DNA of 64,000 bases from Promethearchaeota archaeon (GTDB taxonomy: Archaea; Asgardarchaeota; Lokiarchaeia; Sigyniarchaeales; SOKP01), in the NCBI GenBank assembly GCA_048940645.1, contig JBHLOI010000004.1:1-64000 (forward strand), in the 5' to 3' direction. Numbering within the stretch: position 1 is the stretch's first letter; each line of letters begins with the position of its first letter. Made by a program: the position numbers and the translations under genes. This document shows positions 1 to 10,368 of this stretch, one piece after another. A model generated the notes under the pieces. The model was not told the origin of the DNA. It saw nothing but the letters and a program-made list of their open reading frames with translations, and did no database searches.

Positions 1-189
1 GTCGATAATCCCTCTTTTACTTTCTCAGCCGCTAAAGAGGTAGGTGCAGGTATGCTTTTTGGTGAAGTAGATGCCACTAGCGCTTATATGGCTGGGGATA
101 TTACAGTGGAAGGAAATCTTCAAGATGCTATGGCTTTTCAAGAAATTATCGAGCTTGCCTTAGAAGCATATGACGATTTAATTGATTAG
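1..189 (+). CDS. SCP2 sterol/lipid-binding domain protein (3' part, truncated by window edge)
   Basis: Frame 1 reads VDNPSFTFSAAKEVGAGMLFGEVDATSAYMAGDITVEGNLQDAMAFQEIIELALEAYDDLID*. The 'G..D...AYM.G.I.VEG.L..AM' pattern is typical of SCP2 domains. Not in the ORF track. Confidence 0.8.
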   Translation, partial: VDNPSFTFSAAKEVGAGMLFGEVDATSAYMAGDITVEGNLQDAMAFQEIIELALEAYDDLID

Positions 190-347
190 TATTACTAAAT
201 TGTAGATTTAATTCAAAATTTCTACAAAATATCCCTAATACTAATTTTTTTTAATTATTTTTAAATTTATTATTAAAAAATTTTACAGTTTCTAAAGTCA
301 TCCATAAATCAGGTGATAAACATGAGGCTTGAATTATCCAAAAAAAA

Positions 348-1592
348 TTATTTCAGCTTGAATATTTTATCATTTTTCTTTACAGGCTTATCAACAGTGA
401 TTCCAACCGTAATTCGGTCTTTGTTAGCTGACACTGATGGTGTTTCAGTTAAGTTTTTTTTCTGTTTAATTTGAAGAGATTTAACTTTTTGCCTGATATA
501 AGTTTCAGTATGAGTACCAATAATAAAAATTTCATCGTTAATTTTTAATTTATCAGCAGTTAGGAGGATTTTTGCGGCTTTTTTTTCTGGATAATAATTT
601 AAAACTTTACCAATTTCAAATTTTTTGTATTGAGAGATGTTTCCATCAAAATCTCTTTGAATTTCAATACCGGTAGGCAATCCAAAGTAAAAACCTGTTG
701 AAAAACCCCTATTGTAAACTCTGCTCAGTCTTTTTAGCCAATTTTTAATTTTTTCTTGAGTGAGTGTATTTTCATAGTAGGCGTTAATAGCTTCTCGGTA
801 ACATGCTGTAGTTTCTTCAATATAGATTGGATCTCTCATTCTTCCCTCAATTTTAAAAGCGTCTATCTTAGCTTCGATCAATTTAGGTATATGTTCAATC
901 ATACAAAGATCTTTAGCATTGATAAAGAAAACGCCATCATAGAGCAATTCGTTATTCTGATCGTCAATAACTCGCCACTTTCTTCGACAGGGTTGGACAC
1001 ATCTACCTCGATTAGCTGAATAATCTTGAGATTGACACAATTCAGCAGAAAAATAGCATCTTCCAGAAATAGAAGTACATTGAGCTCCATGAATAAATGT
1101 TTCTATTTCTACGACCTTTAGTCTATTTTTTATCTCTTTAATTTGCTTTAAGGACAATTCTCGTGCTAAAATTAATCTTTTTGCCCCTATGGATTCGTAA
1201 AATCTTGCTGAGTGAGAATTAGAAATATTGGCTTGCGTCGAAATGTGGAATGCAAGCCCCTTTTCTTTAACTAATTGAATTGCTCCGACATCGTGGATGA
1301 TAACTGCATCAATATTAGCATCTAAAGCTTTATCTAAAATTGAATCTAATATTTCAATCTCATTTTCGTAGATTATTACATTGGTAGTTAGATAAGCATT
1401 AATATGATTATCATGACACACTCTTACTACTTTCTTTAGGTCTGCTAATTTGAAATTATCACTGAACATTCTCATATTCAAGGATTCAACACCAAAGTAA
1501 ACAGCATCAGCTTTACCAATTACCGCATTTAAAGATTTGAAATTCTTTAGTGGGGCCATTAACTCAACATTCTTATTATTAGAAACTGTCAT
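348..1592 (-). CDS. Peptidase U32 family protein (TrhP/PrtC-like, Fe-S dependent hydroxylation)
   Basis: ELMAP, GKADAVYFG, HISTQAN, LARELSL, FIHGAQCTSISGRC, NRGRCVQPCR and KIEGRMR motifs. Confidence 0.9.
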   Translation of the reverse strand: MTVSNNKNVELMAPLKNFKSLNAVIGKADAVYFGVESLNMRMFSDNFKLADLKKVVRVCHDNHINAYLTTNVIIYENEIEILDSILDKALDANIDAVIIHDVGAIQLVKEKGLAFHISTQANISNSHSARFYESIGAKRLILARELSLKQIKEIKNRLKVVEIETFIHGAQCTSISGRCYFSAELCQSQDYSANRGRCVQPCRRKWRVIDDQNNELLYDGVFFINAKDLCMIEHIPKLIEAKIDAFKIEGRMRDPIYIEETTACYREAINAYYENTLTQEKIKNWLKRLSRVYNRGFSTGFYFGLPTGIEIQRDFDGNISQYKKFEIGKVLNYYPEKKAAKILLTADKLKINDEIFIIGTHTETYIRQKVKSLQIKQKKNLTETPSVSANKDRITVGITVDKPVKKNDKIFKLK

Positions 1593-1689
1593 TTTTCATA
1601 TTGATTAATTCAATTTAATATTTTAAGAACTTGTTGTAATAAATATTTAAATTTTTAAAAATAAAAAAGAATAAAAAATTTGGATTAAT

Positions 1690-3408
1690 TTAAAAGAAGA
1701 AAGTGGTAAACCAGTAGTAGAAGATTAATGCACTTATAATGAAAAATACAACAGCAAGGATATATGTCATATGCTTAGAATAGTTTCTGTAGCGTTTACC
1801 AGTTTCAGTTTCTAGTGTATCAATCTGCAGATACGGCATAGGTCCTCTGCGATACCATCCTTTAATTCTAACTCGTTGTCCTATTAGTCTATCAACTTTG
1901 GTAAGTGCCCAAAAGAAATCGACAATGCTTAAACCGAATCTATAATCTATATACAGTAATCCGGTATCGTCCAGAAATTTTAAATCGTCGCTAAGCCAAT
2001 AGCCCGGTACCCCCTTTCCAATGATTTTTCCTTCAATAATGGCAGGGATAGGGCGTACAGGCGAAACGTTAATTACTGTTACTAAATCAAGTACAGTAGC
2101 AGGTTCAAAACCCTTTCTATACATAAATGCGGTTCTAAGTATGGAACCGACGCCCATTACAAAAAATCCAGTAGCCCACATAAGGGTTAGATTGCTAAGA
2201 GTTGCTAATGTTCCAATATTTAGCCATCCTATGTAATCAAATAACCAAACCGCACTTAATGCGATTAAAACTAGGAAAATGATTGTGGGTAAGGATTTAA
2301 TAAATATATCTGTAAGAAATTCGCCAATCAGAGATTTACCAACTTGTTCCTCTTTAATTTTTCTGGCTTGAGAAAAATCTATTTCGACAGATTTTCCATA
2401 GATTGCACATTGATCGTTTAATCGTTGGATTCTTTTTGCTGGTAAGGGATGTGTACTGTATATTTGAAAATATTTAGCCCAGGGATTAAATAAATCCCAA
2501 GCTGCCGCAGCTTGAATAGTTTCTTTAGAATACTTTCCTGAAGGACCAATACCTTGAGCTGCAAAATGATGTGCTTTTTTTGGATCAAAGATACCTAACC
2601 CCCGAAGTGCCCATACTCTAGATTTTTTTTTCTCGACAACTTCTTCCTTTGATTCACCTATTAATCCATAAGCTATTTTTACCAATGCTGTAGATAAGGT
2701 ATTAGGATCCTCTGTGAGTTCTGCAGAATGTTGATCGGCATAATATTCTCTGATTCGACTTACCAATAAGGAGACCAAATAACCTATGTAATACGAAATA
2801 TAGGATATCACAGCAATGACAATTAGGGCCAAAAATATATAACTTCCTTCATCTTTTTTACCTGAACCTCTGCCAGAAAAGCGTGCAGCATAATATGACC
2901 ATCTTGCAATTGTTAATAGAATTAATGGAATAGCAAAAACGATAGTCATTAATATAAAATCACTATGTACTATATGTCCTAATTCGTGTGCTACTACTGC
3001 TGTCTGTTCATCCTCGTCAAGAAAATGTAAGATACCATCAGTAATTACTAATCTTGCGTTGTTTTTTGTGTGACCAAACGTGAATGCGTTTGGATTTAAA
3101 TCATGAATAATCCCCATTCTTGGATATTTAATTCCTTGAATTGCAACTACTTTCTCCACTGCAGTACCTAAATGAGGATACATTGAAATAAATTTTTCGT
3201 ATGGAATCCAATCTATTCGATAAATCCACTGTATGATATATGGTGATACTCCATATTGAAACAGTACAATCAAAATAGTAAAACCAACCATTAATAATAA
3301 TCCTGTCCAATCAGAAGGTAGGAACCAAATCCCAATCGCAAACACTACAGCATAAATAAGCGCAAATAAGAAAATTATAGCCATTGACGAAGCTAATTTC
3401 AATCCCAT
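1690..3408 (-). CDS. htpX: HtpX-like M48 zinc metalloprotease with C-terminal membrane/OB-like extension
   Basis: PNAFTFG, HELGH (HEXXH), SRIREYYAD and STHP motifs; multiple TM segments. Confidence 0.88.
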   Translation of the reverse strand: MGLKLASSMAIIFLFALIYAVVFAIGIWFLPSDWTGLLLMVGFTILIVLFQYGVSPYIIQWIYRIDWIPYEKFISMYPHLGTAVEKVVAIQGIKYPRMGIIHDLNPNAFTFGHTKNNARLVITDGILHFLDEDEQTAVVAHELGHIVHSDFILMTIVFAIPLILLTIARWSYYAARFSGRGSGKKDEGSYIFLALIVIAVISYISYYIGYLVSLLVSRIREYYADQHSAELTEDPNTLSTALVKIAYGLIGESKEEVVEKKKSRVWALRGLGIFDPKKAHHFAAQGIGPSGKYSKETIQAAAAWDLFNPWAKYFQIYSTHPLPAKRIQRLNDQCAIYGKSVEIDFSQARKIKEEQVGKSLIGEFLTDIFIKSLPTIIFLVLIALSAVWLFDYIGWLNIGTLATLSNLTLMWATGFFVMGVGSILRTAFMYRKGFEPATVLDLVTVINVSPVRPIPAIIEGKIIGKGVPGYWLSDDLKFLDDTGLLYIDYRFGLSIVDFFWALTKVDRLIGQRVRIKGWYRRGPMPYLQIDTLETETGKRYRNYSKHMTYILAVVFFIISALIFYYWFTTFFF

Positions 3409-3628
3409 TTTTTTTCACTTAATTTTATTTAATTCTATTTAAAATTGAACTTGGATATGATTTGTATTTTTAGAAATAATTTATTAATGATATACATGTA
3501 ACATTTTCTAATTAATATTATTGTAGAGAATTATAACCAATAGAAATATTAGATCTTTTCGCTATCAAAAAAATTAAATCAGTGAATTAAGATTATAATT
3601 TTAGGAAATATATCCGACAAAACTGGAA

Positions 3629-4279
3629 ATGAGTTATGTGAGTGTTTTAAAAAAAGATATGAATTTAAAAAAACTATACAACGCTACGGATAACCTTATA
3701 GAGCAACAATTTTATTTAGGTGGTAGTGATACTATTATTGGGAGAACTTCCGAGGTATCATTAAAAATAAAAAATTCAGGTTTAATAGTTAAAAGGTTTA
3801 AAGATTTATTCATCAAAAATATCCATCTATTTTTAGAGCAAAAGTATTTAAAATTCTTTAATCCTTTCAAGGATATAAAGGGTTTAGATGAGAACCATCT
3901 ACAAGAAATATATCAAGAAATTCAATTAAGGCTCACTGCATTACATGATACCAAGTTTGATGTCGTTATACTCTATACGATTGTTTTAAGTGCTTTAATA
4001 TCAAGTATTCGAAATATTAATTTTAATGATTCTATAAAAGAAATTATTAAAAGAGTAAAACAAAAATCCGATAGGATGAATAATAATCAAATTCAAGTAG
4101 AATTGGATAAATTATTTATGAAAAATAATAAAAACGTTTCGATTTTATACAATATCTCATATTTAGATGCTTTAGCTGAATCTTTCAATTTCAATAAAGT
4201 TGCTCGAACTTGTAAAATTCAAAAAGGCAAGTATATTAATCGTATTGTTAATTTAATTCTTAATTCAAGATATTTTTAG
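3629..4279 (+). CDS. Hypothetical protein
   Basis: 216-aa ORF filling the gap between genes; no motif recognised. Confidence 0.7.
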   Translation: MSYVSVLKKDMNLKKLYNATDNLIEQQFYLGGSDTIIGRTSEVSLKIKNSGLIVKRFKDLFIKNIHLFLEQKYLKFFNPFKDIKGLDENHLQEIYQEIQLRLTALHDTKFDVVILYTIVLSALISSIRNINFNDSIKEIIKRVKQKSDRMNNNQIQVELDKLFMKNNKNVSILYNISYLDALAESFNFNKVARTCKIQKGKYINRIVNLILNSRYF

Positions 4280-4405
4280 AATTTGGTAAAATATTACTCT
4301 ATTATAAGATCAAACATATTGGTTTATAGTTAGATATAGTAGCTATATTTAAAATGATTCAAATCCTATTCATAAATGTGAAGATCAAATAAGTCAGGTG
4401 ATTTA

Positions 4406-6316
4406 TTGTCAATTTTAGGTAATGAAGATGTCAAAATTTTCTTGAATAAGTATAGTAAAAAGAAAGTATCATTAAATCAAGCTATTAAAAAGTATATAAA
4501 ACCTGGAGATAGAATTTTTATTGATTCTGGGTGTGCTGAACCTATAGATTTGACTAAAAAATTGATAGAACTTGGTCCAGAGTTACCAGATGTAGAGATA
4601 ATGCATTTTTTAAGCCTAAGTGATCTTGATTATTATGAGACTGCAGGTGGTATTGAAGATTTATTTAGACATAATGCTTTTTTTATAGGAAAATCGCTTC
4701 GCAAATATATTAAAAAAGGCCAGGCAGATTACACTCCCATGCTTTTATCAGAAATTCCTAGGTTATTTAAGCTTGGTAAAATGCATTTAGACACTGCTTT
4801 AATTCAAGTAAGTCTTCCAGATCGATATGGATTCTGTAGCTATGGAATTAATGTAGACATTGTCAAACCTATAGCTGAGGCAGCTGATTTTGTAGTTGCT
4901 GAAATAAATCCAAAAATGCCCCGTACTCTTGGAGACTCTTTTATCCATATGGATGATATAGACGCTTTCATACTTTCTGACCATGACATTATTGAATTTG
5001 ATTACGGACCTCCAGGTGAAACGGAAACTAAAATTGCAGAATTCGTCGCTTCATTAATAGAAGATGAATCAACGATCCAAATGGGAATTGGGACAATCCC
5101 AAATGCAGTAACTATGGAATTGGAAAGCAAAAAAGATTTGGGAGTACACAGTGAAGTATTTTCAGATGGCATTGTAGATCTTGTAGAAAAAGGAGTTGTC
5201 ACGTGTAAAAAGAAAACAATTCATAAAGACAAGATTCTATGTTCATTTGTAATGGGGACGAGAAGATTATACGATTTTTGTGATGACAATCCCATGGTTG
5301 AATTTCATCCCTGTGAATACACGAATGATCCCTTTATAATTTCTCAAAATAGGAAACAAGTTGCAATTAACGCAGCTCTTACAGTAGATCTTACGGGGCA
5401 AGTGAACGCGGATTCTTTAGGTCACCAATTCTATAGTGGAATTGGTGGACAAGTCGATTTCGTAAGAGGAGCGGGTAGAGCTAAAGATGGAAAACCTATA
5501 ATGGTAGTCTCCTCAACAGCAACATTACCAGATGGTAAAATTGTCTCCAGAATAGTTCCTCATCTTAAATCAGGTTCAGGAGTGGTTATAACACGAGGTG
5601 ATGTACACTATATTGTTTCTGAATGGGGTATAGCCTATCTCTATGGAAAAAGTGTAAGAGAAAGAGTCTTAGAAATGATAAATATTGCACACCCTGATTT
5701 TCGGGAAGAATTGTTAGAGCATGCTAAAAAGTGGAAATATATATATTCAGATCAAAAGTTACCCATTTCAATTGATGGGAGAATCGCTATTTACCCAGAA
5801 AAATATGAAACTTCCTTAGCTTTAAAAAATGGTAAAATAGTAAAAATAAGACCTGTAAAACCGACTGATGAGAGAGGGATTCAAGAACTTCACTATTCCT
5901 TGGACGAAAAAGATAGATATTATCGATTTTTCATACCTGTACATGATTTTCGTCATAAAAAAATCCAACCAATGGTAAATATTGATTATACTACGGATAT
6001 GATTTTAGTTGGAGAAATAAAAGAAGAAGAAGAATCAAAAATTATAGCGTTAGGTGCTTTCTTCAAAACTAATAAACCCACATTGGCAGAACTTGCGTTT
6101 GTTACTCATGAAGATTATAGAGGGCTAGGAATTACAAGATTTTTATTGAATTATTTAGTGAAAATTGCTAGGGAATTGAATTATAAAACATTTGGAGGCA
6201 CAATTTTGTTTGAAAACAAAGCCATGCTTCACATAATTGATACTTCTGGTTTTAATTTAACTTTAAAGAAAATTGAAGGGGGAGTAACTGAATTTGCTTT
6301 TGATATTACTAAGTAA
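4406..6316 (+). CDS. Acetyl-CoA hydrolase/4-hydroxybutyrate CoA-transferase fused to C-terminal GNAT acetyltransferase
   Basis: TIQMGIGTIP, LGVHSE, SGIGGQVDFVRGA and VSEWGIA motifs; C-terminal AELAF..YRGLGI GNAT motif; TTG start after AGGTGA. Confidence 0.9.
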   Translation: MSILGNEDVKIFLNKYSKKKVSLNQAIKKYIKPGDRIFIDSGCAEPIDLTKKLIELGPELPDVEIMHFLSLSDLDYYETAGGIEDLFRHNAFFIGKSLRKYIKKGQADYTPMLLSEIPRLFKLGKMHLDTALIQVSLPDRYGFCSYGINVDIVKPIAEAADFVVAEINPKMPRTLGDSFIHMDDIDAFILSDHDIIEFDYGPPGETETKIAEFVASLIEDESTIQMGIGTIPNAVTMELESKKDLGVHSEVFSDGIVDLVEKGVVTCKKKTIHKDKILCSFVMGTRRLYDFCDDNPMVEFHPCEYTNDPFIISQNRKQVAINAALTVDLTGQVNADSLGHQFYSGIGGQVDFVRGAGRAKDGKPIMVVSSTATLPDGKIVSRIVPHLKSGSGVVITRGDVHYIVSEWGIAYLYGKSVRERVLEMINIAHPDFREELLEHAKKWKYIYSDQKLPISIDGRIAIYPEKYETSLALKNGKIVKIRPVKPTDERGIQELHYSLDEKDRYYRFFIPVHDFRHKKIQPMVNIDYTTDMILVGEIKEEEESKIIALGAFFKTNKPTLAELAFVTHEDYRGLGITRFLLNYLVKIARELNYKTFGGTILFENKAMLHIIDTSGFNLTLKKIEGGVTEFAFDITK

Positions 6317-6365
6317 TCGTTTTATTATAGATATGCTAATCTATAAGAAAAATAGGTGCTAAAAA

Positions 6366-7223
6366 ATATTTATTCATGATTTTTTTAAGCTTTACAAGAA
6401 AGAAGGGTTAACAGAAAAAGTAATACGAACTTTCCAAGAAATAATTCATTTATATTATAAAAAATCTGGGAGAGATTTTCCTTTTAGAAAAAATATTAAT
6501 CCTTATAGAGTTTTAGTCTCAGAGGTAATGCTTCAGCAAACTCAAACGAGTAGAGTATCTGAAAAATTTATGGAATTTATAAAAAAGTTTCCAGATTTTA
6601 AAGCATTAGCAAAAGCCCCACTTGAGGCTGTTTTAAAAGTTTGGCAGGGATTAGGTTATAATCGAAGAGCAATTGCCTTGAAAAATATTGCTGAAATAAT
6701 TGTTAGTAATTATAATGAAAAATTACCTAATGATCTTGAAACTCTCAAATCTTTTCCACAAATTGGAAATAACACTGCTTCATCAATATTAGCTTTTGCT
6801 TTTAATATTCCTACTTATTTTATAGAGACAAATATTAGAAGAGTGTATATACATTTTTTTTTTCAAGACAAAAAAATAGTATATGATAAAGACATATTAA
6901 AGATAGCCAAAAAAACACTAGATATTTTAAATCCTAGAGAATGGTATTACGGTTTAATGGATTATGGAGTGATGCTTAAAAAGACTCATCCAGAATTAAA
7001 TAAGAAGAGTGCTCATTACCAAAAACAATCTAAATACAAAGGATCTAATCGAGAGATAAGAGGAGAAATTTTAAAAATACTACTTAAAGAAAAGGCATTG
7101 AAGGAAATGGATTTAATTCAAAAAATTGATAAAAATTCAGAAAGAGTGAAAAAAATTTTAAATACAATGTCGAAAGAAGGATTTATTAAAAAAAGTAATC
7201 AAAATTATACTATTTCAGGCTAA
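6366..7223 (+). CDS. mutY: A/G-specific adenine glycosylase (MutY-like, HhH-GPD); N-terminus extended beyond the track ORF
   Basis: SEVMLQQT, WQGLGYNRRA and ETNIRRV motifs. The frame is open from 6363 and encodes YYKKSGRDFPFR..NPYRVLVSEV ahead of Met 6528, so an ATA start at 6366 after AGGTG is inferred. Confidence 0.8.
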   Translation: MFIHDFFKLYKKEGLTEKVIRTFQEIIHLYYKKSGRDFPFRKNINPYRVLVSEVMLQQTQTSRVSEKFMEFIKKFPDFKALAKAPLEAVLKVWQGLGYNRRAIALKNIAEIIVSNYNEKLPNDLETLKSFPQIGNNTASSILAFAFNIPTYFIETNIRRVYIHFFFQDKKIVYDKDILKIAKKTLDILNPREWYYGLMDYGVMLKKTHPELNKKSAHYQKQSKYKGSNREIRGEILKILLKEKALKEMDLIQKIDKNSERVKKILNTMSKEGFIKKSNQNYTISG

Positions 7224-8507
7224 ACCATTAATATTTTGGGATTTTAAATATTTAGTAATTTTAATAGCCAGTTTTTCTTGCTGTTTCCATTCTCCATATG
7301 CTAAACCTTTTGAATTTAATTCAGTGATTACTTTTATAATTTTCTTGTTGACTTTTTGAAAAGGTTTCGTAGCAAATAAGGTTTGAGGTAAGGGCATAAA
7401 TGTATGGGTGTGAATTCTTGCTCCCATATCTGATAAATCTTTCATCACCTTTATAGTTAAATCCACATCTTCTTCACTTTCATAAGGTAATCCGAATATG
7501 AAATCCACGTTAGCTTTTAAATCACTTTTGATGGTTAATTCAACCGCTTTATATATATCTTCTACAGTATGACCTCTATTGCATGAATCTAAAAGTTTTT
7601 GGCTTCCTGACTGAGCTCCAATGACAATATTATCATTTGCCGCATATTTTAAAACTAATCCCAAAGTTTCTTTATTCACATGTTCTGGACGGACTTCTGA
7701 AGGAAATGAGCCTAAAAATAATCTTCCATTTGGTTTTATAATATGATTTATTTGTTTTAATAAATCTTCTAACTTAGTAAGATTCAGTGTTTTACCGTCT
7801 AGAGATCCATAAGAGAAAGAATTTGGTGAAATAAATCTTATATCAGTTTTCTCATATTTTTTCATAAACTTCACAGCATTACAAATAGATTCAATGCTTC
7901 TATGTCTTGGATTAGTGCCTAAAAGATAAGGAGTTTGACAAAAATAGCATACGTATGGACATCCTCTCGTTATTTCAATTGCTCCAAACCTAATGTTTTT
8001 CATAGGTAAAGGAGGATATTTATCTAAATCTATGGGTTGCCTTTTTCCATTATAAACGTAGTTATTATCTTTATTAAAGAAAGATATTCCTTTTATTTTA
8101 AAGATATCTTCATCATGCTTAATCTTATTAAGAATATCAACGATAGTTTCCTCGCCTTCACCTACAACAACAAGATCAAAACCCATTTTAAGAGTTCCAA
8201 ATGGATCTCCAGAAGGATGAGGGCCACCAGCTATAAGAAATACTTTTTTTGAGTATTTTCTTCTCAAATTTTTAATTAAATTTTTTATTTCCCATAATTG
8301 AGTGGTAAAAAAAGAAATTCCGACTATTATCCTATCATTATTTTCTATAATCTTTTTTAATTCATCTATTAGATTATCATAACCCCTAATAAAATGAATT
8401 TTGATATCATTTAATAACTCTTCAGTTTCAATTGCTCCGATTAAAGCATTAAAACTATATATATTTTGTTTCTGATAAAATGCAACAAATGCAATTCTCC
8501 TTTGCAA
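7215..8507 (-). CDS. B12-binding domain radical SAM protein (TIGR04013-like)
   Basis: IAGGPHPSG, GEGE, EITRGCPYVCYFCQTP (CxxxCxxC), SEVRPE and GAQSGS motifs. Confidence 0.88.
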   Translation of the reverse strand: MQRRIAFVAFYQKQNIYSFNALIGAIETEELLNDIKIHFIRGYDNLIDELKKIIENNDRIIVGISFFTTQLWEIKNLIKNLRRKYSKKVFLIAGGPHPSGDPFGTLKMGFDLVVVGEGEETIVDILNKIKHDEDIFKIKGISFFNKDNNYVYNGKRQPIDLDKYPPLPMKNIRFGAIEITRGCPYVCYFCQTPYLLGTNPRHRSIESICNAVKFMKKYEKTDIRFISPNSFSYGSLDGKTLNLTKLEDLLKQINHIIKPNGRLFLGSFPSEVRPEHVNKETLGLVLKYAANDNIVIGAQSGSQKLLDSCNRGHTVEDIYKAVELTIKSDLKANVDFIFGLPYESEEDVDLTIKVMKDLSDMGARIHTHTFMPLPQTLFATKPFQKVNKKIIKVITELNSKGLAYGEWKQQEKLAIKITKYLKSQNINGLA

Positions 8508-8600
8508 ATACTAACACGACTTAAAATTAAATTCATTAAATATTATTATATTTTTAAAATGAATTTTAAAATAAAATTATAATATAATTACTGGATAAAA

Positions 8601-9050
8601 ATGCTGTTTGTAGATCTTTTCGCATCTGATCCAAGTCAAGTAGGTCTTGCTTGGTTTGACTTTTATTCGATAGGACACCTATGTTTTGGTATAGGTGTTT
8701 TTCTCTTCTTCTCCCTTTTTTATACTGTCCCAAAGAACAAAGGACATACACCTATTTTCTCTCTCCTATTCGTTTTCATATGTACTATGATTATAATAAT
8801 TCTTTGGGAAGTATTAGAAAATACATTGTTTATTGAAATTGGTTGGAAATTTGAAGGTAGAGCTGATAGCTGGCAAAATATCACCACAGATATTTTGATG
8901 GGTGCTGTAGGAAGTCTTGGATCTTGGTTATTTTGTTATATAATATTTGTAAAAGAGAAAAGCATCTGGGCTTACTATATTTTCGGTATAATTGGATTTG
9001 CTTTATGGTTAGTTGTTTTTATCATACTTCGAATTTATACAATAACTTAA
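8601..9050 (+). CDS. Small membrane protein (DUF2585-like)
   Basis: D.YS.GH, WE..EN and DS..N..TD motifs with hydrophobic helices. Confidence 0.6.
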   Translation: MLFVDLFASDPSQVGLAWFDFYSIGHLCFGIGVFLFFSLFYTVPKNKGHTPIFSLLFVFICTMIIIILWEVLENTLFIEIGWKFEGRADSWQNITTDILMGAVGSLGSWLFCYIIFVKEKSIWAYYIFGIIGFALWLVVFIILRIYTIT

Positions 9051-9137
9051 TTCTTTTCATTATAAATTTGAATCTATAATTTTAATTTTTTTATTTTACT
9101 CTACTTAATTTAGCAGATTAGTTAATTATTTTATAAA

Positions 9138-9905
9138 ATGAAAGTTTCAAATAAGTACATAAAATTTCACAAAGGCAATATTCCTCTCCTTATTTCAGTT
9201 CCTCATGGTGGTACAACAAAATATAATAAAATCCCTACTAGGAAAGAAGGTGTACTTGGAACTGATAAAGGAACTATTGAATTAGCTTTCCAATTAATTG
9301 ATAGAGTAGAGAAATTATTTAGATCGAAATATTCATTACAAAAAACACCTTCATATATTATATCACAGATACATAGAAGTAAAATCGATTTAAATAGAAG
9401 TGAATCAAAAGCTTATAATCATAATTCTATACTAGCAAGCAGGATTTACCAATACTATCATAAGAAAATAAAAGAACTAATTGAATACAATATCAAATCC
9501 TTTAATCATTCGTTATTAATTGATATTCATGGATTTGAGAAAAATAAAAAGCCTCAAGGTTTTCGTGATGTTGAAATAGTTTTAGGTACCAATAACTTAG
9601 AATCCATTTTTTCGAGTACTATACCTAAAAAATATTGGGACGGAAATTTACGTGGAAGAATTATACGTAAATTTATTGAATTAAATATACCCATTGCCCC
9701 TGGACATCAAAGAAGGAGAGAATATATCCTAACTGGAGGCTTTATAATAAAGAATTATGGTGCAAGTAAAATAGCAAATAGTCAAGCACTACAAATTGAA
9801 ATTTCGGATAGAGTTAGAATTTTTGACAAAAAACTTAGAAATAAAGTTGTTTTGACACTTGCTGAATTACTAGTTAATGAATTTGCATTAATTTTCCGTA
9901 AATAA
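9138..9905 (+). CDS. N-formylglutamate amidohydrolase family protein
   Basis: LLISVPHGG, DLNR, YH, LIDIHGF, IVLGT and ALQIE motifs. Confidence 0.75.
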   Translation: MKVSNKYIKFHKGNIPLLISVPHGGTTKYNKIPTRKEGVLGTDKGTIELAFQLIDRVEKLFRSKYSLQKTPSYIISQIHRSKIDLNRSESKAYNHNSILASRIYQYYHKKIKELIEYNIKSFNHSLLIDIHGFEKNKKPQGFRDVEIVLGTNNLESIFSSTIPKKYWDGNLRGRIIRKFIELNIPIAPGHQRRREYILTGGFIIKNYGASKIANSQALQIEISDRVRIFDKKLRNKVVLTLAELLVNEFALIFRK

Positions 9906-9989
9906 TAATAAAACAAAACATAAAGAAATATATATAGTAAAAATCCTTCTAGGATATAAGGATATTAACTCACTGTGTTTTTTTAATAA

Positions 9990-10325
9990 ATGACAGATGA
10001 TGATATAGAGATCAGGGATTTAGAAGCGTTTATTGATGGATTACAGACATCTTTAGATATGCTTGATGGCACTGATCTTTCTGAATCTAAAGGTTTTCAA
10101 GCACAATTAGCAAAAACTATCTCAAGTTTAAGAGTAAAGCGAAAAGAAAAATTTGAACCTTTACCGAAACTATTAGGACACGTAACTAAGGAAGATATCA
10201 AGAATTATTTAATGCAGGAATTAGAAAAACTAATGCATTATCTGGACACTAAAGAGTATCCAAGAGGAAAATTTAAATTAGTAAAAAAAATAGTAGATTT
10301 AAGAGCCGAAATAAGCCGAATGTGA
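9990..10325 (+). CDS. Hypothetical helical protein
   Basis: 111-aa ORF with ATG; no motif recognised. Confidence 0.65.
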   Translation: MTDDDIEIRDLEAFIDGLQTSLDMLDGTDLSESKGFQAQLAKTISSLRVKRKEKFEPLPKLLGHVTKEDIKNYLMQELEKLMHYLDTKEYPRGKFKLVKKIVDLRAEISRM

Positions 10326-10368
10326 GAATTAACTAATTTTATTATTTCTAATTATAATTTTTTTATAG

